A stretch of 57,717 nucleotides of DNA, filler included, from Candidatus Desantisbacteria bacterium CG1_02_49_89 (lineage in GTDB: Bacteria; Desantisbacteria; UBA1551): assembly GCA_001871075.1 (NCBI GenBank). It is 3 parts of 3 records of this genome, joined end to end, with 100 filler letters (N's around TTAATTAATTAA, not from the genome) between each part and the next. Parts side by side here need not be neighbours in the genome. Positions count along the whole stretch, not along the records: positions 18,984 to 34,636 come from MNUP01000133.1; 2 more parts are not named here. One strand, given 5' to 3'. Each line of letters begins with the position of its first letter. The first letter of the stretch is position 1. The notes under the pieces were generated by a model. It was not told the origin of the DNA, searched no databases, and saw only the letters and a list, made by a program, of their open reading frames with translations. Below, piece after piece: positions 19,504 through 29,577 of the stretch. The position numbers and the translations under genes were made by a program.

Positions 19504-20417
19504 GGTAACTGCAGTGTTCGGTTGTCAGTTATTAGTGGTCAGTTAATCATGCTGATCACTCATCACTGAACACTGACCACTGCTTTACGGTATAATCGGG
19601 GTTCTTGTGAATCTAATGGCTGAATCAGCTAGATTAGCCGGGTTCACAGGGATCCCAGTAGTTTTTCTTCGTCTCTGAGCCTGCCGGAAAGAAAGTATGC
19701 TACTTGACCCTTGCTACTCCGACCGTAGAGTCATTGACTTTGTTCTGACTCGTAGGTCCCTGTGTTAAGCCCCGATTTATCGGGGCTACAGGGATCAGAG
19801 TAAGCTGCTAGGGTATTCGTCTCTGGGTCTGACGGAAACCATGTGCGTTCCTTTACCCCTGCTAATTTCTGCGAAATTAAGCTGCTGGGGTCTGCGCCTC
19901 TGGGCTCAAGAGTAAGTGTTCTGCTTGACATAACACTTATTATACGAAGTTGGATATTTATACTATATATTCTTATTATAGTATTATCTCTAAATTCCGG
20001 GGCTTCCCTTCGGCTTGCTGCCAGCAGTTAATAAGGCTTTATTTTAGCTGAGCTAAGCATCAGACCCTGTTAGATAGTTTTGGAGATCCCGCAATAAAAC
20101 TGCTTAGTTTCTATTTTCAATCAAAACTACCTTTCTAGAAGTTTATAACCAGACACTGGAACCTGAGGCCTGTGGCCGGCAGTCAAAATCCAGATCTTAT
20201 GCTGCCTGCCCAAAAATTGGCTTTACCAGACGCCCTCAGACGAACGATCTCAACAAGGCCAAGGTGTTTATACCTGACTATCCCTGCAACCCCTTCGGGG
20301 TTCAATGCAGGGACTTCCGGGTCAGAACTCCCGCCAGCTCCAAGGAGCTTAACGGTGGGACCTTCGGGTCAGGACTAAGTTAGTGACCCTACGGTAAGTC
20401 GATGACCCTGCAGAAAA

Positions 20418-20461
20418 GAAAAGGGCAGGAGCCCGTTTTTTTGGGTCCCCTGCCCTTTTTA
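20418..20461. terminator. Probable bidirectional intrinsic terminator
   Basis: AAAAGGGCAGG...CCTGCCCTTTTT stem with A- and T-tracts, downstream of the LamG gene. Confidence 0.65.
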
Positions 20462-20504
20462 TAATCTATTTTCTATTCTCTATTATCTATTTTTTATTAA
20501 AAAA

Positions 20505-21200
20505 TTACTGCCAGCTGACATGCGCTTTTACTTTTTCTTCGTCAAGCGCAATGTTGTATATCCTGACCTCATCGATCATGCCCAGCATTGAACTGCCGGC
20601 GTCATCCGAGCCTATGATCAGATCGTACCCGGAAACATTGATCTGGTAAGATTCCAACCCGGTAATCACCGTTTTGCCCGGCAATCTGCTATCCGCATAC
20701 AGTTTTATTGCTTGTGTCATTGAACTGTAGGTTCCTGCCAGATAATGCCAGGCGTTCAGCTTCAGAATATCCTTACACACAACCTGCCTGTATTCTCCGT
20801 GTATATACACCGAAAACCTGAATTTACCGCCGGACAGATCCAGGCTGTATGATTCCGGCTTCAATATGATCATCTGCGTGGAACTGTCCTCGTATTTCAT
20901 CGGAAATACCCAAGCCTCAACAGTGATCTCGTCAACCGGGCTTATCACCGCATTATTCATAAAGATCACGCTTTCTTTTCCGGTGAATTTCAACCCGCTG
21001 CCGAACTTGCCGCTTGCCCAGCCGGCGCCGATGATCATGCCCGGCAGGTTTCCTACCGCGTCATTGGCAATGTCACTCTTGTTCTCATCGAATTTCCACC
21101 AGGCAATAAGTCCTTTTTCCTGCGCGTGGGAAATACCGCCATTGCAGACCATTAGCACAAAAAACAACACAAACATTTTTGGCACAATATCTTTTTTCAT
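20505..21200 (-). CDS. Secreted LamG/concanavalin-like jellyroll protein
   Basis: Signal peptide; LIAWWKFDE, TVEAWV, WHYLAGTY, G.IDEVRIYN.AL. Confidence 0.85.
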   Translation of the reverse strand: MKKDIVPKMFVLFFVLMVCNGGISHAQEKGLIAWWKFDENKSDIANDAVGNLPGMIIGAGWASGKFGSGLKFTGKESVIFMNNAVISPVDEITVEAWVFPMKYEDSSTQMIILKPESYSLDLSGGKFRFSVYIHGEYRQVVCKDILKLNAWHYLAGTYSSMTQAIKLYADSRLPGKTVITGLESYQINVSGYDLIIGSDDAGSSMLGMIDEVRIYNIALDEEKVKAHVSWQ

Positions 21201-21295
21201 CTTTTTAACTTCCCGCCTGAAAAGCAGTTTGCCATTCTTCATTTAATGAAGCTAAATTTAAATTTTGCAATTTGAAATTTGAAATTTACAATTTT

Positions 21296-22336
21296 TTACG
21301 GATTTTCAACTATAACCTTCATTCCTTCGCGGTTTTCAACCGCGGCAAAAGCATCAAGGGTCCTGTCAAGCGGGAACCTGCGAGATATCATATCCTTAAT
21401 TTTGATCTTGCCGCTGGCTATGATATCCAGCGCTGTTTTATGCTGCCTGGGTATACTGCCGTGCGACCCGTGAATGTACGCTTCCTTATAATGTATTATA
21501 TTGCTGTCTATGCTTATATTGCGCGTGCCTTTTGGAAGCCCGCCGAAATAATTCACCCTGCCCCTGTTGGCAACTATCCTTATGGCGTCTTCCTGGGCTT
21601 CCGGCGAAGCGCAGGCCACCATAACAACATCGGCTCCCCTGCCCTCTGTTTCCTCCATAACCCTTTTAACCAGGTCTTCCTCGGTAGTTGATATTACAAC
21701 ATCGGCAGGCGTTGAACGCGCCAGCTCAAGCCTTTTCTTGGACCTTTGCGCTATCATGACCTTTTTTGCACCCATGACCTTTGCCATGATCACGAGCATG
21801 CACCCTATAGGGCCGGCGCCTATTACAACCACTGAATCCCCCAGCTTTACCTGTGAAAGCTCAAGCCCGTTTATGCAGCAGGCAAGCGGTTCTGCCAGGG
21901 CAGCTTCCTCGTAACTGAGCCCGGAAGGGATCTTGTGGACCGGGCCGTATTTTACCGTAGTCGCGTTAAGCGGGATATATTCAGCGAACCCGCCCTGGAA
22001 CTGGTAACCTATCGCGTAGTTGATGCGGCAGTTGTTGCCCATTCCGTTGCGGCAAAAAACGCAGCTGCCGCACGGAACATCCGCTCCTATTGCGACCCTG
22101 TCCCCAACGCTGAACGCTTTTACTTCAGCCCCTGCTTCCACCACATCCCCGGCAACCTCATGGCCTATTACCTGCGGGGTTTTTACCCTGGGATTACCGT
22201 AATGAAAGATCCTTATGTCCGACCCGCAAACCGCGCATGCCTTAACCTTTACGAGCATTCCGCCTTTTTCTATAACGGGTTTCGGAATATCCTTTATAAC
22301 TATTTTATTAAGTTCCTCAAGAACCGCCGCCTTCAT
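21296..22336 (-). CDS. Zn-dependent sugar-alcohol dehydrogenase (MDR family)
   Basis: CGSD, GHE, structural Zn Cys cluster, GAGPIG. Confidence 0.9.
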   Translation of the reverse strand: MKAAVLEELNKIVIKDIPKPVIEKGGMLVKVKACAVCGSDIRIFHYGNPRVKTPQVIGHEVAGDVVEAGAEVKAFSVGDRVAIGADVPCGSCVFCRNGMGNNCRINYAIGYQFQGGFAEYIPLNATTVKYGPVHKIPSGLSYEEAALAEPLACCINGLELSQVKLGDSVVVIGAGPIGCMLVIMAKVMGAKKVMIAQRSKKRLELARSTPADVVISTTEEDLVKRVMEETEGRGADVVMVACASPEAQEDAIRIVANRGRVNYFGGLPKGTRNISIDSNIIHYKEAYIHGSHGSIPRQHKTALDIIASGKIKIKDMISRRFPLDRTLDAFAAVENREGMKVIVENP

Positions 22337-22471
22337 TTTTCCTCCGGAAAAAGATGATTACAGTGATTTTTCGAAGATGATTACAATGATTATTGAAATA
22401 TATGAAAATCCTTAAATCCTGATTATAATTATTTTAAATAATCACCGTAATCTCTTTTGGAATCACTGTAA

Positions 22472-23521
22472 TCAAAAGGTAAATAAAACTTTATTGAAGA
22501 ACTCCTTTTTACTACACATCATATCAAAAGCTTCCCTTGCCTTTTCGATACTGAACCTGTGAGTTATAAGCGGTTTGACGTCCAACAGGCCATTGCCCAT
22601 GAAACGAAGGGAAAGCTGCCAGTCATCCCTGGGACCGGGCTTGAAATTAGAGTTCCAGGTGCCGTAAATAGTAAGTTGTTTCCTGAGTATCGATGAAACC
22701 AGCGCCTGCGGAAAATTGACATCCCCGCTGACATTACCGAGGAAAAGCACCTTCCCGAACGTGCCGGCCGCATCCACGCACTGGGCAAAAGATTTCGGGG
22801 AACCGGCTGCTTCTATGCTGATGTCCGCCCCGCCGTCCGTCTGTTCCCTGATGATCTTAACGGGATCATTTTCAAGCGCGTTTATGCAGTCGCCAAATCC
22901 GTAACCTTTAGCGGCTTCCAGCTTCCCGGGAACTATATCAACAATAAATATTTTTTTAGCGCCAAGTATTTTTGCCCATTGGGCGATTATCACGCCGATC
23001 GGCCCCGCTCCGAACACCGCGACTGTGTTGCCCGCGTTCATCCCCGCGCGCCTGATACCGTGCAGGGCGACCGAAACGGGTTCGGCAAATGCCCCGGATT
23101 CAAAATCCAGGCCTTCCGGAAGAAGAACAAGGCTCTCTGAAGGAACGCTTACGTATTCGGCAAACCCGCCGTTCCTCCTTGAACCCAGGTAATCATAATT
23201 GACGCACTGCGCGTATTCTCCCATCAGGCAGAACCTGCACTCCCTGCACGGGATAAGCGGAATTACAGCCACCCTGTCCTGTTTGCCGAAGTTCCTGACA
23301 TTTTTCCCCGTCTCAACAACCTCGCCCGCGAATTCGTGGCCCGGGATAAGGGGGAACTTGTAGGTACCGTGCTGCATGATCCTGGCCGGGTCTGAACCGC
23401 ATATACCGCTCGCAACAACCCTGATAAGGGCTTCGCTGTCACCTATAACCGGCATATCGACTTCTTCCACCCGCAGATCGCCTATTTTGTGCAGGACCGC
23501 TGCTTTCATTTTTTCTTTCAT
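22472..23521 (-). CDS. Galactitol-1-phosphate 5-dehydrogenase-like Zn-dependent dehydrogenase
   Basis: CGSD..R, GHEF, C..C..C..GEYAQC.NYDYLGSRR.GGFAEY, G.WNS. Confidence 0.85.
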   Translation of the reverse strand: MKEKMKAAVLHKIGDLRVEEVDMPVIGDSEALIRVVASGICGSDPARIMQHGTYKFPLIPGHEFAGEVVETGKNVRNFGKQDRVAVIPLIPCRECRFCLMGEYAQCVNYDYLGSRRNGGFAEYVSVPSESLVLLPEGLDFESGAFAEPVSVALHGIRRAGMNAGNTVAVFGAGPIGVIIAQWAKILGAKKIFIVDIVPGKLEAAKGYGFGDCINALENDPVKIIREQTDGGADISIEAAGSPKSFAQCVDAAGTFGKVLFLGNVSGDVNFPQALVSSILRKQLTIYGTWNSNFKPGPRDDWQLSLRFMGNGLLDVKPLITHRFSIEKAREAFDMMCSKKEFFNKVLFTF

Positions 23522-23535
23522 AGCTCCGTCTCTGT

Positions 23536-24963
23536 TTAAAAGATCTTCCCCGGATTAAGTATATTGGAGGGGTCAAAAGCGTTCTTGATCATTTTCATCA
23601 GTTCGATCTGCTTCCGGTCAACGCTCAAATGCAGGTATTCCTTTTTAACCAGCCCTATTCCGTGCTCTCCCGAAATAACCCCTCCGCGCGCTTTAGCATC
23701 CTCGTGAAGCTCTTTCCGCACAGCGGGATATTTTTCCCTCCATCCGCCTGTCTCGGTATCATCCAGCCTGCCGTCCTTCATCCCGGCTTTCATAAGGAAC
23801 GTATGGATATTCCCGTCAGCCGCGTGGCCGCACGTCGGCAGCCACATCCCGTATTTCTCAGAGATCGCGTGGACCTTCTTGACATGGCCGGCTATTTCCG
23901 ACCTGGGAACGGTAATGTCCAGCGCTTCAATGGTTTTCGGCTTCAAAGCCTCATAGATCAGGCTGCGTATATCCATTACATCCTGCTGTTTCTGGCGGGT
24001 ATTCGCCACGAATACGTCAGCGGCATTATTTTCCAGGCATATACGGGAAACGGACTCAGACAGCTTTTCTATCTCTTCTTCGCTTGATCCGTCAAGGACG
24101 ATCATAAGATGCGCCTCTCCCCCCTTGCAGGGCCATTCCTTCCTTAAGAATTCCTCCGTGACAGTTATCAGGTCTCTCTCGATAAATTCAACTGCCATCG
24201 GGACTATCTTGCCGCGGATCATTGCCGGGACCGTCCTTATGGCGTCGTTTAAACTGCCGTAGGGGATTATCAGCATGATCATTGCCGGAGGCGGAGGCAT
24301 AAGGCTTATCACTGCCTTGGTCACAACCCCCAGAGTTCCTTCCGATCCGATCAAAAGATTCATAATATTGTATCCCGTGCTGTTCTTCATGATCTTCCCG
24401 CCGGTACTTATTATGCTCCCGTCGGATAAAACCGCCTCAATACCCCTGATGAAGTTCCTTATTACCCCGTATTTGACCGCCCTGGCCCCGCCCGCGTTAG
24501 TGGCGATCACACCCCCGATAGTAGCGCTTTCCTCGCCCGGATGCGGGGGAAAGAAAAAACCCGCCTTTTCAACTTCCGCGTAAAATTCCCTGAGCGTCAC
24601 TCCTGCCTCAACCACGGCCATAAGGTTCTCCGTGTCTATCTCAAGGATCCTGTTCATATTTTCGAAAGAAATGACTATCCCTCCGGATACCGGGACGCAG
24701 CCGCCGCACAGGCCTGTCCCTCCCCCTCTCGGGGTGACGGGGAATCCTTCCTTGGCCGCGATCCGCAGGATCTCCGATATTTCACCCGCGCTCCGGGGTT
24801 TTATCACCGCCTCGGGGATCCTTCCTGCTTCCGCAAGCGAAAATTCGTCATGGGAGTAATCCTGCATTTTTTCTTTGTCGGAAATGACGTTATTTTCACC
24901 TGCAATTTCTTTGAGCCTTTCCAGGTTCCGGCTATCTATTTTGTTATAACGTGACCGCGCCAT
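23536..24963 (-). CDS. FAD-linked 2-hydroxyacid oxidase/dehydrogenase (GlcD/D-lactate dehydrogenase family)
   Basis: PRGGGTGL.GG, TNAGG.RAVKYG, GSEGTLG, GHA.DGNIH, SGEHGIG, DP.NILNPGKIF. Confidence 0.9.
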   Translation of the reverse strand: MARSRYNKIDSRNLERLKEIAGENNVISDKEKMQDYSHDEFSLAEAGRIPEAVIKPRSAGEISEILRIAAKEGFPVTPRGGGTGLCGGCVPVSGGIVISFENMNRILEIDTENLMAVVEAGVTLREFYAEVEKAGFFFPPHPGEESATIGGVIATNAGGARAVKYGVIRNFIRGIEAVLSDGSIISTGGKIMKNSTGYNIMNLLIGSEGTLGVVTKAVISLMPPPPAMIMLIIPYGSLNDAIRTVPAMIRGKIVPMAVEFIERDLITVTEEFLRKEWPCKGGEAHLMIVLDGSSEEEIEKLSESVSRICLENNAADVFVANTRQKQQDVMDIRSLIYEALKPKTIEALDITVPRSEIAGHVKKVHAISEKYGMWLPTCGHAADGNIHTFLMKAGMKDGRLDDTETGGWREKYPAVRKELHEDAKARGGVISGEHGIGLVKKEYLHLSVDRKQIELMKMIKNAFDPSNILNPGKIF

Positions 24964-24977
24964 TCTACGGTTATCCT

Positions 24978-26354
24978 TTATATCTCCATTACTATTTTTA
25001 TCAGTTCGCTCTCCGAGATCCCGAGGGCTTCATAGTTTTTATAATATTCGTCTATAACCTTCCGGTAAAAGCCTGTCTTGATCTTCTCTTCTCTCATGAC
25101 CTTTACTCTCTCCAGGGCTTTCTGGATAAGCCCGGGAGTGATCTCGATCCCTTTTTTCCGCAGCTTTTTTTCATTTTTCCGCAGGACCGCCTCGACAGCC
25201 GCGGTTCCGCTGTGTTTTCCGAAGACAAACCTTCTTGTCGCGCCTACATCATCTTCCCGGATGAACTGGTAGATAGCGGGGTTGATAACGATCGCTGCCG
25301 TATGGATCCCAGACTCGTGCGCGAACACGCCCTCTCCGATGATCGGCTCATGCGGCTGGACAGGGATCCCGGAATACTTTTCAACAGCCTTTCTCAACTC
25401 CACGAGTTTTTCATACCTGAACCCGGGTATCTCCACGCCGTACAGGTCTTTCAAAACCATCACCGCCTGATGGATGGACGTATTCCCTGCCCGCTCCCCT
25501 ATCCCGTTCGCAGTAACCCCGAGATATGTTGCTCCGTGACTCAGGGCATAAACGGTATTTATAGCGCCCAGCCCGAAATCGTTGTGAAAATGCGCCGTCA
25601 TCGGCACCCCGTCAAGCGCCTTCACCATCTCCGGGATGTAATGGCTGACGGCTTCCGGTGTGAATACGCCGCAGGTATCGGAAAAACACATCCTTGTGCC
25701 GCCCGCCTTTACACAGGCCTTAGCCCACCTTACCCCGTATTCAAGGTTTCCCCTGGATGAATCCTCGGAAGCGAATTCAACCCGGGAAATGCCTTTAGCC
25801 CTGGCATACCTGATGGCGTCGCAGATCATTTTTGAGTTCGCTTCCCTGTAAAACTCAAGCGGCGTCTCAAGCCACTGGCCCGGCGGCTTCCCCTCTCTTT
25901 TAAGGAGGGTCTTCCCGAGTTTGTATTTTATATGCAGGTCCGAAAAGGTCGAAAGTATAAGCACGCTCGCGTCATCAGGCTTTGCCCCTATCTCTGCCAG
26001 CGTCTGGACCACGGCATCTATATCCGCCGGGTTGCTCCTGCACATCGCGAGGATCTCGACATCCTTCCTGATCTCCCCTTTTTTCTGCGCCTGGACTATA
26101 AGCTGCAACGCCCTGCGGTCAGATTCGCCGTTCATCGGGAATGCCACGTCCATTACGTGTATCCCCATATCGCTCAACAGCTTTGCCAGCTCTAATTTCT
26201 GCTCAGGGCTGAAAGCAACGCCCGGCATCTGCTCGCCGTCCCGCAGCGTGTCGTCGTATATCCTGATCTCCGAGGGGTCCGGGAAGCGCAGTTTCTTCGT
26301 GAAATTCTTAGGATGACTGATAAGGTCCTCAAGCGGCTCACGGAACTCTATCAT
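24978..26354 (-). CDS. DRE-TIM metallolyase (homocitrate / isopropylmalate / Re-citrate synthase-like) without a LeuA regulatory domain
   Basis: D.TLRDGEQ.PG, HFHNDFGL, GIGERAGN, FAHESGIH, GKHSG. Confidence 0.85.
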   Translation of the reverse strand: MIEFREPLEDLISHPKNFTKKLRFPDPSEIRIYDDTLRDGEQMPGVAFSPEQKLELAKLLSDMGIHVMDVAFPMNGESDRRALQLIVQAQKKGEIRKDVEILAMCRSNPADIDAVVQTLAEIGAKPDDASVLILSTFSDLHIKYKLGKTLLKREGKPPGQWLETPLEFYREANSKMICDAIRYARAKGISRVEFASEDSSRGNLEYGVRWAKACVKAGGTRMCFSDTCGVFTPEAVSHYIPEMVKALDGVPMTAHFHNDFGLGAINTVYALSHGATYLGVTANGIGERAGNTSIHQAVMVLKDLYGVEIPGFRYEKLVELRKAVEKYSGIPVQPHEPIIGEGVFAHESGIHTAAIVINPAIYQFIREDDVGATRRFVFGKHSGTAAVEAVLRKNEKKLRKKGIEITPGLIQKALERVKVMREEKIKTGFYRKVIDEYYKNYEALGISESELIKIVMEI

Positions 26355-26366
26355 CTCGCAATTACC

Positions 26367-27677
26367 TCATTTTGTCAGGTCAAAAATATGCCCTTCGTCA
26401 TCGGAAGTGCCCCATTTTTCTATCGCGGCCCTGAGTTCCTTATTCTTTTTGGCGGCTTCCTTTAACGGGATCTTGCTCTGGAACGCCTTGATCGCCTGGT
26501 GGAACGATTTTGCTCCCCCGGACACGCCCATAGGATGACCCTGGATCCCGCCGCCTGCGCTGAGAAGCACGTCGTTGCCGAAATTCTCCATAAGTTTATC
26601 AACCACCCCGGCGTGCAGCCCGGCTGAAGGAGCGCCGAAAACCCTCCGCAGGTGGTAGAACGGCGCGGTCAGCTCCTGCCATATCCTGATAACCCTTTCC
26701 TTCACCATCGGGACCTTTCCGAAATAACTGGGGTATATCACCATGTCCGCGCCGGAAAGCCTGGCTAATTTCCCCAGCACAAGGCTTGACGTCAGCCCGT
26801 AATTCGGCGAACCGAAGATCGCCCCCGCGAAATTCGGGTGGGCAAGCACGGGAACATTGATCCGCGGGTCCTCCGCAAGCGCGCTCATCGCGGAAAAACT
26901 TACCGTGTACGTGTTCACCATAAGGCAGTTCGCTCCCTGCTTTACGGCGGATTCCGCCCTTTTGAACATAACGTCCAGGTTGTCGGTGATATTCACAGCG
27001 TAAAGGACTCTGCGGCCTGTCTCGGAACGTATCTTTTTGCATGCCTTGAGACAGATGTCCAGCCTTTCCTTAACAGGGCAGAATTCAGGGTCTGCGAGCA
27101 GTTCGTCATCCTTAATTATGTCAACGCCTGCCGTGCCCAGCTCATAAAGCAGTTTGCCCAGGGTTTTAGGGTCCATGCCTACGCATGGCTTTAGCACGGC
27201 CACGATCACAGGCCTGCCTTTGACGCCAAGAAGCTTCCTCACGCCTTCAATGCCGAATTTAGGCCCTTTAAAATTCTTCACGAATGACCCGGGCAGGAAC
27301 GTGTCAAGCAGCTTTATTTTTCCGGACATTGAAATATTCCCGTAAAGGGTTGTCAGGAGCTGGGGTATCTGCCTGCTTATGTTTGCCGCGGGAAACCCTA
27401 TCAGGAAAATAAATTTCCTGGTTCCCGGAGGTTCCGGAAGCGCGTCTTCATAGCTGGGGAGCTCGTGGACCGCGAGGACCTTAGCGGCGCATTTTTCCCT
27501 GATCTCCCGCGTCTCGCTGGGAACCGCGATCCAGGTGCCTGTGGACTGTTCAAGCGCGATCGCTTCCACCTTTTTCAGGATATCAGCGGATTCCGCCTCC
27601 ATGTAATAAAGCCCGAGAACGTAGTCTTCCTTGTTTATTCCCTCAAAAATTCCAAACACATTGGGATCCAGCCCCAT
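26367..27677 (-). CDS. RuBisCO-like protein (form IV)
   Basis: EQSTGTW, GPKFGIEG.R, KPCVG, IKDDE, AHP, GK in loop 6, PSAG, AGGGI.GHP; lacks the K177 and R295 equivalents of true RuBisCO. Confidence 0.92.
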   Translation of the reverse strand: MGLDPNVFGIFEGINKEDYVLGLYYMEAESADILKKVEAIALEQSTGTWIAVPSETREIREKCAAKVLAVHELPSYEDALPEPPGTRKFIFLIGFPAANISRQIPQLLTTLYGNISMSGKIKLLDTFLPGSFVKNFKGPKFGIEGVRKLLGVKGRPVIVAVLKPCVGMDPKTLGKLLYELGTAGVDIIKDDELLADPEFCPVKERLDICLKACKKIRSETGRRVLYAVNITDNLDVMFKRAESAVKQGANCLMVNTYTVSFSAMSALAEDPRINVPVLAHPNFAGAIFGSPNYGLTSSLVLGKLARLSGADMVIYPSYFGKVPMVKERVIRIWQELTAPFYHLRRVFGAPSAGLHAGVVDKLMENFGNDVLLSAGGGIQGHPMGVSGGAKSFHQAIKAFQSKIPLKEAAKKNKELRAAIEKWGTSDDEGHIFDLTK

Positions 27678-27920
27678 ACAACACTCCTTTTAACAGGGAT
27701 CTTCGAGCGGGATTTCAGCTACCGTCGAGCGTCGGACGTCTTACCCCCTGCAGTTCCGAGTATACATCGGAACTAAACGCGGGGGTCTTCGACGTGTTAT
27801 TAATCATTTACGAACGACCCGCTAGGGCGACTTACGACGTAAGACGGGATAAGTTCTCTTAAGCCTGCCCGCCAATCTTAGTGGAGGGTTCCCTGTAAAA
27901 AACATATCTTTTTCATGAGT

Positions 27921-28847
27921 CTACATCTTCACGTATTTGCGCCAGTAAGCCACTGACTCTTTCAGGTCATGGATCACCCTGTATTCCTGGGGATACCTTT
28001 CCCTGAAAGAAAATTCAAAAAGCAGGACAACGTCCTTTGCCCCGGATTCCTTCAACGCCTTTATTACCTTCTGCGGGCGTATGATCCCCTTTTTATTGTT
28101 TTCCTTCGTAAAAGGCCAGTGCCCGCTTTTATCTTTTGAGCTTTGCTTGATGTGTATCACCGGAGAAACCGGCCCGAATTCCCTCAGCCAGGCGTAGGGA
28201 TCTGTGTCTTTCGGATCCCGTGAGTGCAGGTTCCCGTGGTCAACATCCATGCATAAGCGGATCGGAATAGCGGCATTCGAATTTACTCGTTCGAGCAATT
28301 CCCTGGTATCCCGTATTGTTGAGGCGCATTCCCGGGGAACGGACATTGGCTCAAATATAAGAAAATCAAAACCAAGTTTCTTGCCGTAATCAGAAAGCCT
28401 CTGCCAGTTTTTTATCCCCTCCTCGAATATGAACCTGCGCCTGGAAAGGTCATTAAAATCAGGAACGGAGAATATCCCGAAATGCCCCCCGCTCCCCCTT
28501 GCCCCCAGCTCCCTTGAATAATAAAAATATCTTTTGAACCACTCAAACCAGATCTTCCTCACTTCGGGGTCAGGATGCAGCAGGTGATTGACCCTTGTGA
28601 ACGCGCTCGTGAAGGTCGTATCAACCGTTACCCTGTATCTGGCGCAAAGGCGCCGGATCTTTTTTACCTCACTCTTAAGGATGTAATCCGGCAAAAATGG
28701 GTTTAAAAGATCGGCTACGTGCTGGACATACCTCAGATTAAGGACCTCCCCCACGATCTTTATCCATGATCCGGCTTCGGGATACCTGTTTATGGCAAAT
28801 CCCGTGTCAATCCCCAATTTTATTTTCAGTTCTTTTGAGTCCACCAT
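27921..28847 (-). CDS. Sugar-phosphate epimerase, TIM barrel, resembling D-erythrulose-1-phosphate 3-epimerase (EryC-like)
   Basis: NH..HPD..VR...WFK, EPMS..RE, D.DHG...DPYAW, SP.IHIKQS..DK.GH.PFT motifs recalled from EryC. Confidence 0.7.
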   Translation of the reverse strand: MVDSKELKIKLGIDTGFAINRYPEAGSWIKIVGEVLNLRYVQHVADLLNPFLPDYILKSEVKKIRRLCARYRVTVDTTFTSAFTRVNHLLHPDPEVRKIWFEWFKRYFYYSRELGARGSGGHFGIFSVPDFNDLSRRRFIFEEGIKNWQRLSDYGKKLGFDFLIFEPMSVPRECASTIRDTRELLERVNSNAAIPIRLCMDVDHGNLHSRDPKDTDPYAWLREFGPVSPVIHIKQSSKDKSGHWPFTKENNKKGIIRPQKVIKALKESGAKDVVLLFEFSFRERYPQEYRVIHDLKESVAYWRKYVKM

Positions 28848-29563
28848 TTCCTTGATCCTGCGCCTCCTTTTCTAAGGATATCCTTCAGTGAAGACCGGGC
28901 ATTAGCATACAGCCGGCTTAAAGACGCGGTAATATCTGTTCCCTCTTTTGTAAAGATCCCCGCGGTCCCTCCGACAAAAATATTTGCCCCTGCTTCCAGG
29001 AACATAGCAATGGTCCTGTCATTAACGCACCCGTCAACCTCTATTTCAACGCGCTCTGCTCCGTTCTCCTGCAGCATTTTCCTCAGGTCAGCCACCTTCC
29101 TGACCGTCCCGGGAATAAACGCCTGTCCGGCAAAACCCGGGTTGACAGCCATGACCAGCACCACCTCGGTTTTATCCAGAACGTGCCGAATGGAATTCAG
29201 CGGTGTTGACGGGTTCAATGCAACCGCAGGCCTGGCGCCCGCGTCTTTTATTGCCTGGAGCGCGCGGTCCAGATGGACAGTTGCCTCCGCGTGTATGCTT
29301 ATAATATCGCTGCCCGCGTCCGCGAACTGCCTTATATATTTCTCGGGATGGATTATCATAAGGTGGGTATCCAGAGGATGCCTGGTTGACGCCCGCACGG
29401 CTTTCACGATACCCGCGCCAAGCGCGATATTCGGAACGAACGTTCCGTCCATTATGTCAAAATGAAAAAGGCGCGCACCGCCTTTTTCCAGCCTGCGCAC
29501 GTCCCTTTCAAGATTCAGCAGATCCGCGCACATGATCGAAGGCGCGATCTTTATTTTCCTCAT
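28826..29563 (-). CDS. rpe: Ribulose-phosphate 3-epimerase family protein
   Basis: IAPSI, H.DIMDG.FVPN, HLM, M.VNPGFAGQ, EVDG. Confidence 0.88.
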   Translation of the reverse strand: MRKIKIAPSIMCADLLNLERDVRRLEKGGARLFHFDIMDGTFVPNIALGAGIVKAVRASTRHPLDTHLMIIHPEKYIRQFADAGSDIISIHAEATVHLDRALQAIKDAGARPAVALNPSTPLNSIRHVLDKTEVVLVMAVNPGFAGQAFIPGTVRKVADLRKMLQENGAERVEIEVDGCVNDRTIAMFLEAGANIFVGGTAGIFTKEGTDITASLSRLYANARSSLKDILRKGGAGSRKWWTQKN

Positions 29564-29577
29564 TTTCTTCCGCCGGC

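Noticed and set aside
19590-20410. CRISPR array, tmRNA, RNase P, SRP or a known riboswitch
   Set aside because: No identical repeats with regular spacers, no cas genes, and none of the diagnostic sequence motifs seen
26367-27677. CO2-fixing RuBisCO / Calvin cycle
   Set aside because: K177 and R295 equivalents are substituted, motifs are form-IV-like, and no rbcS or prk is nearby
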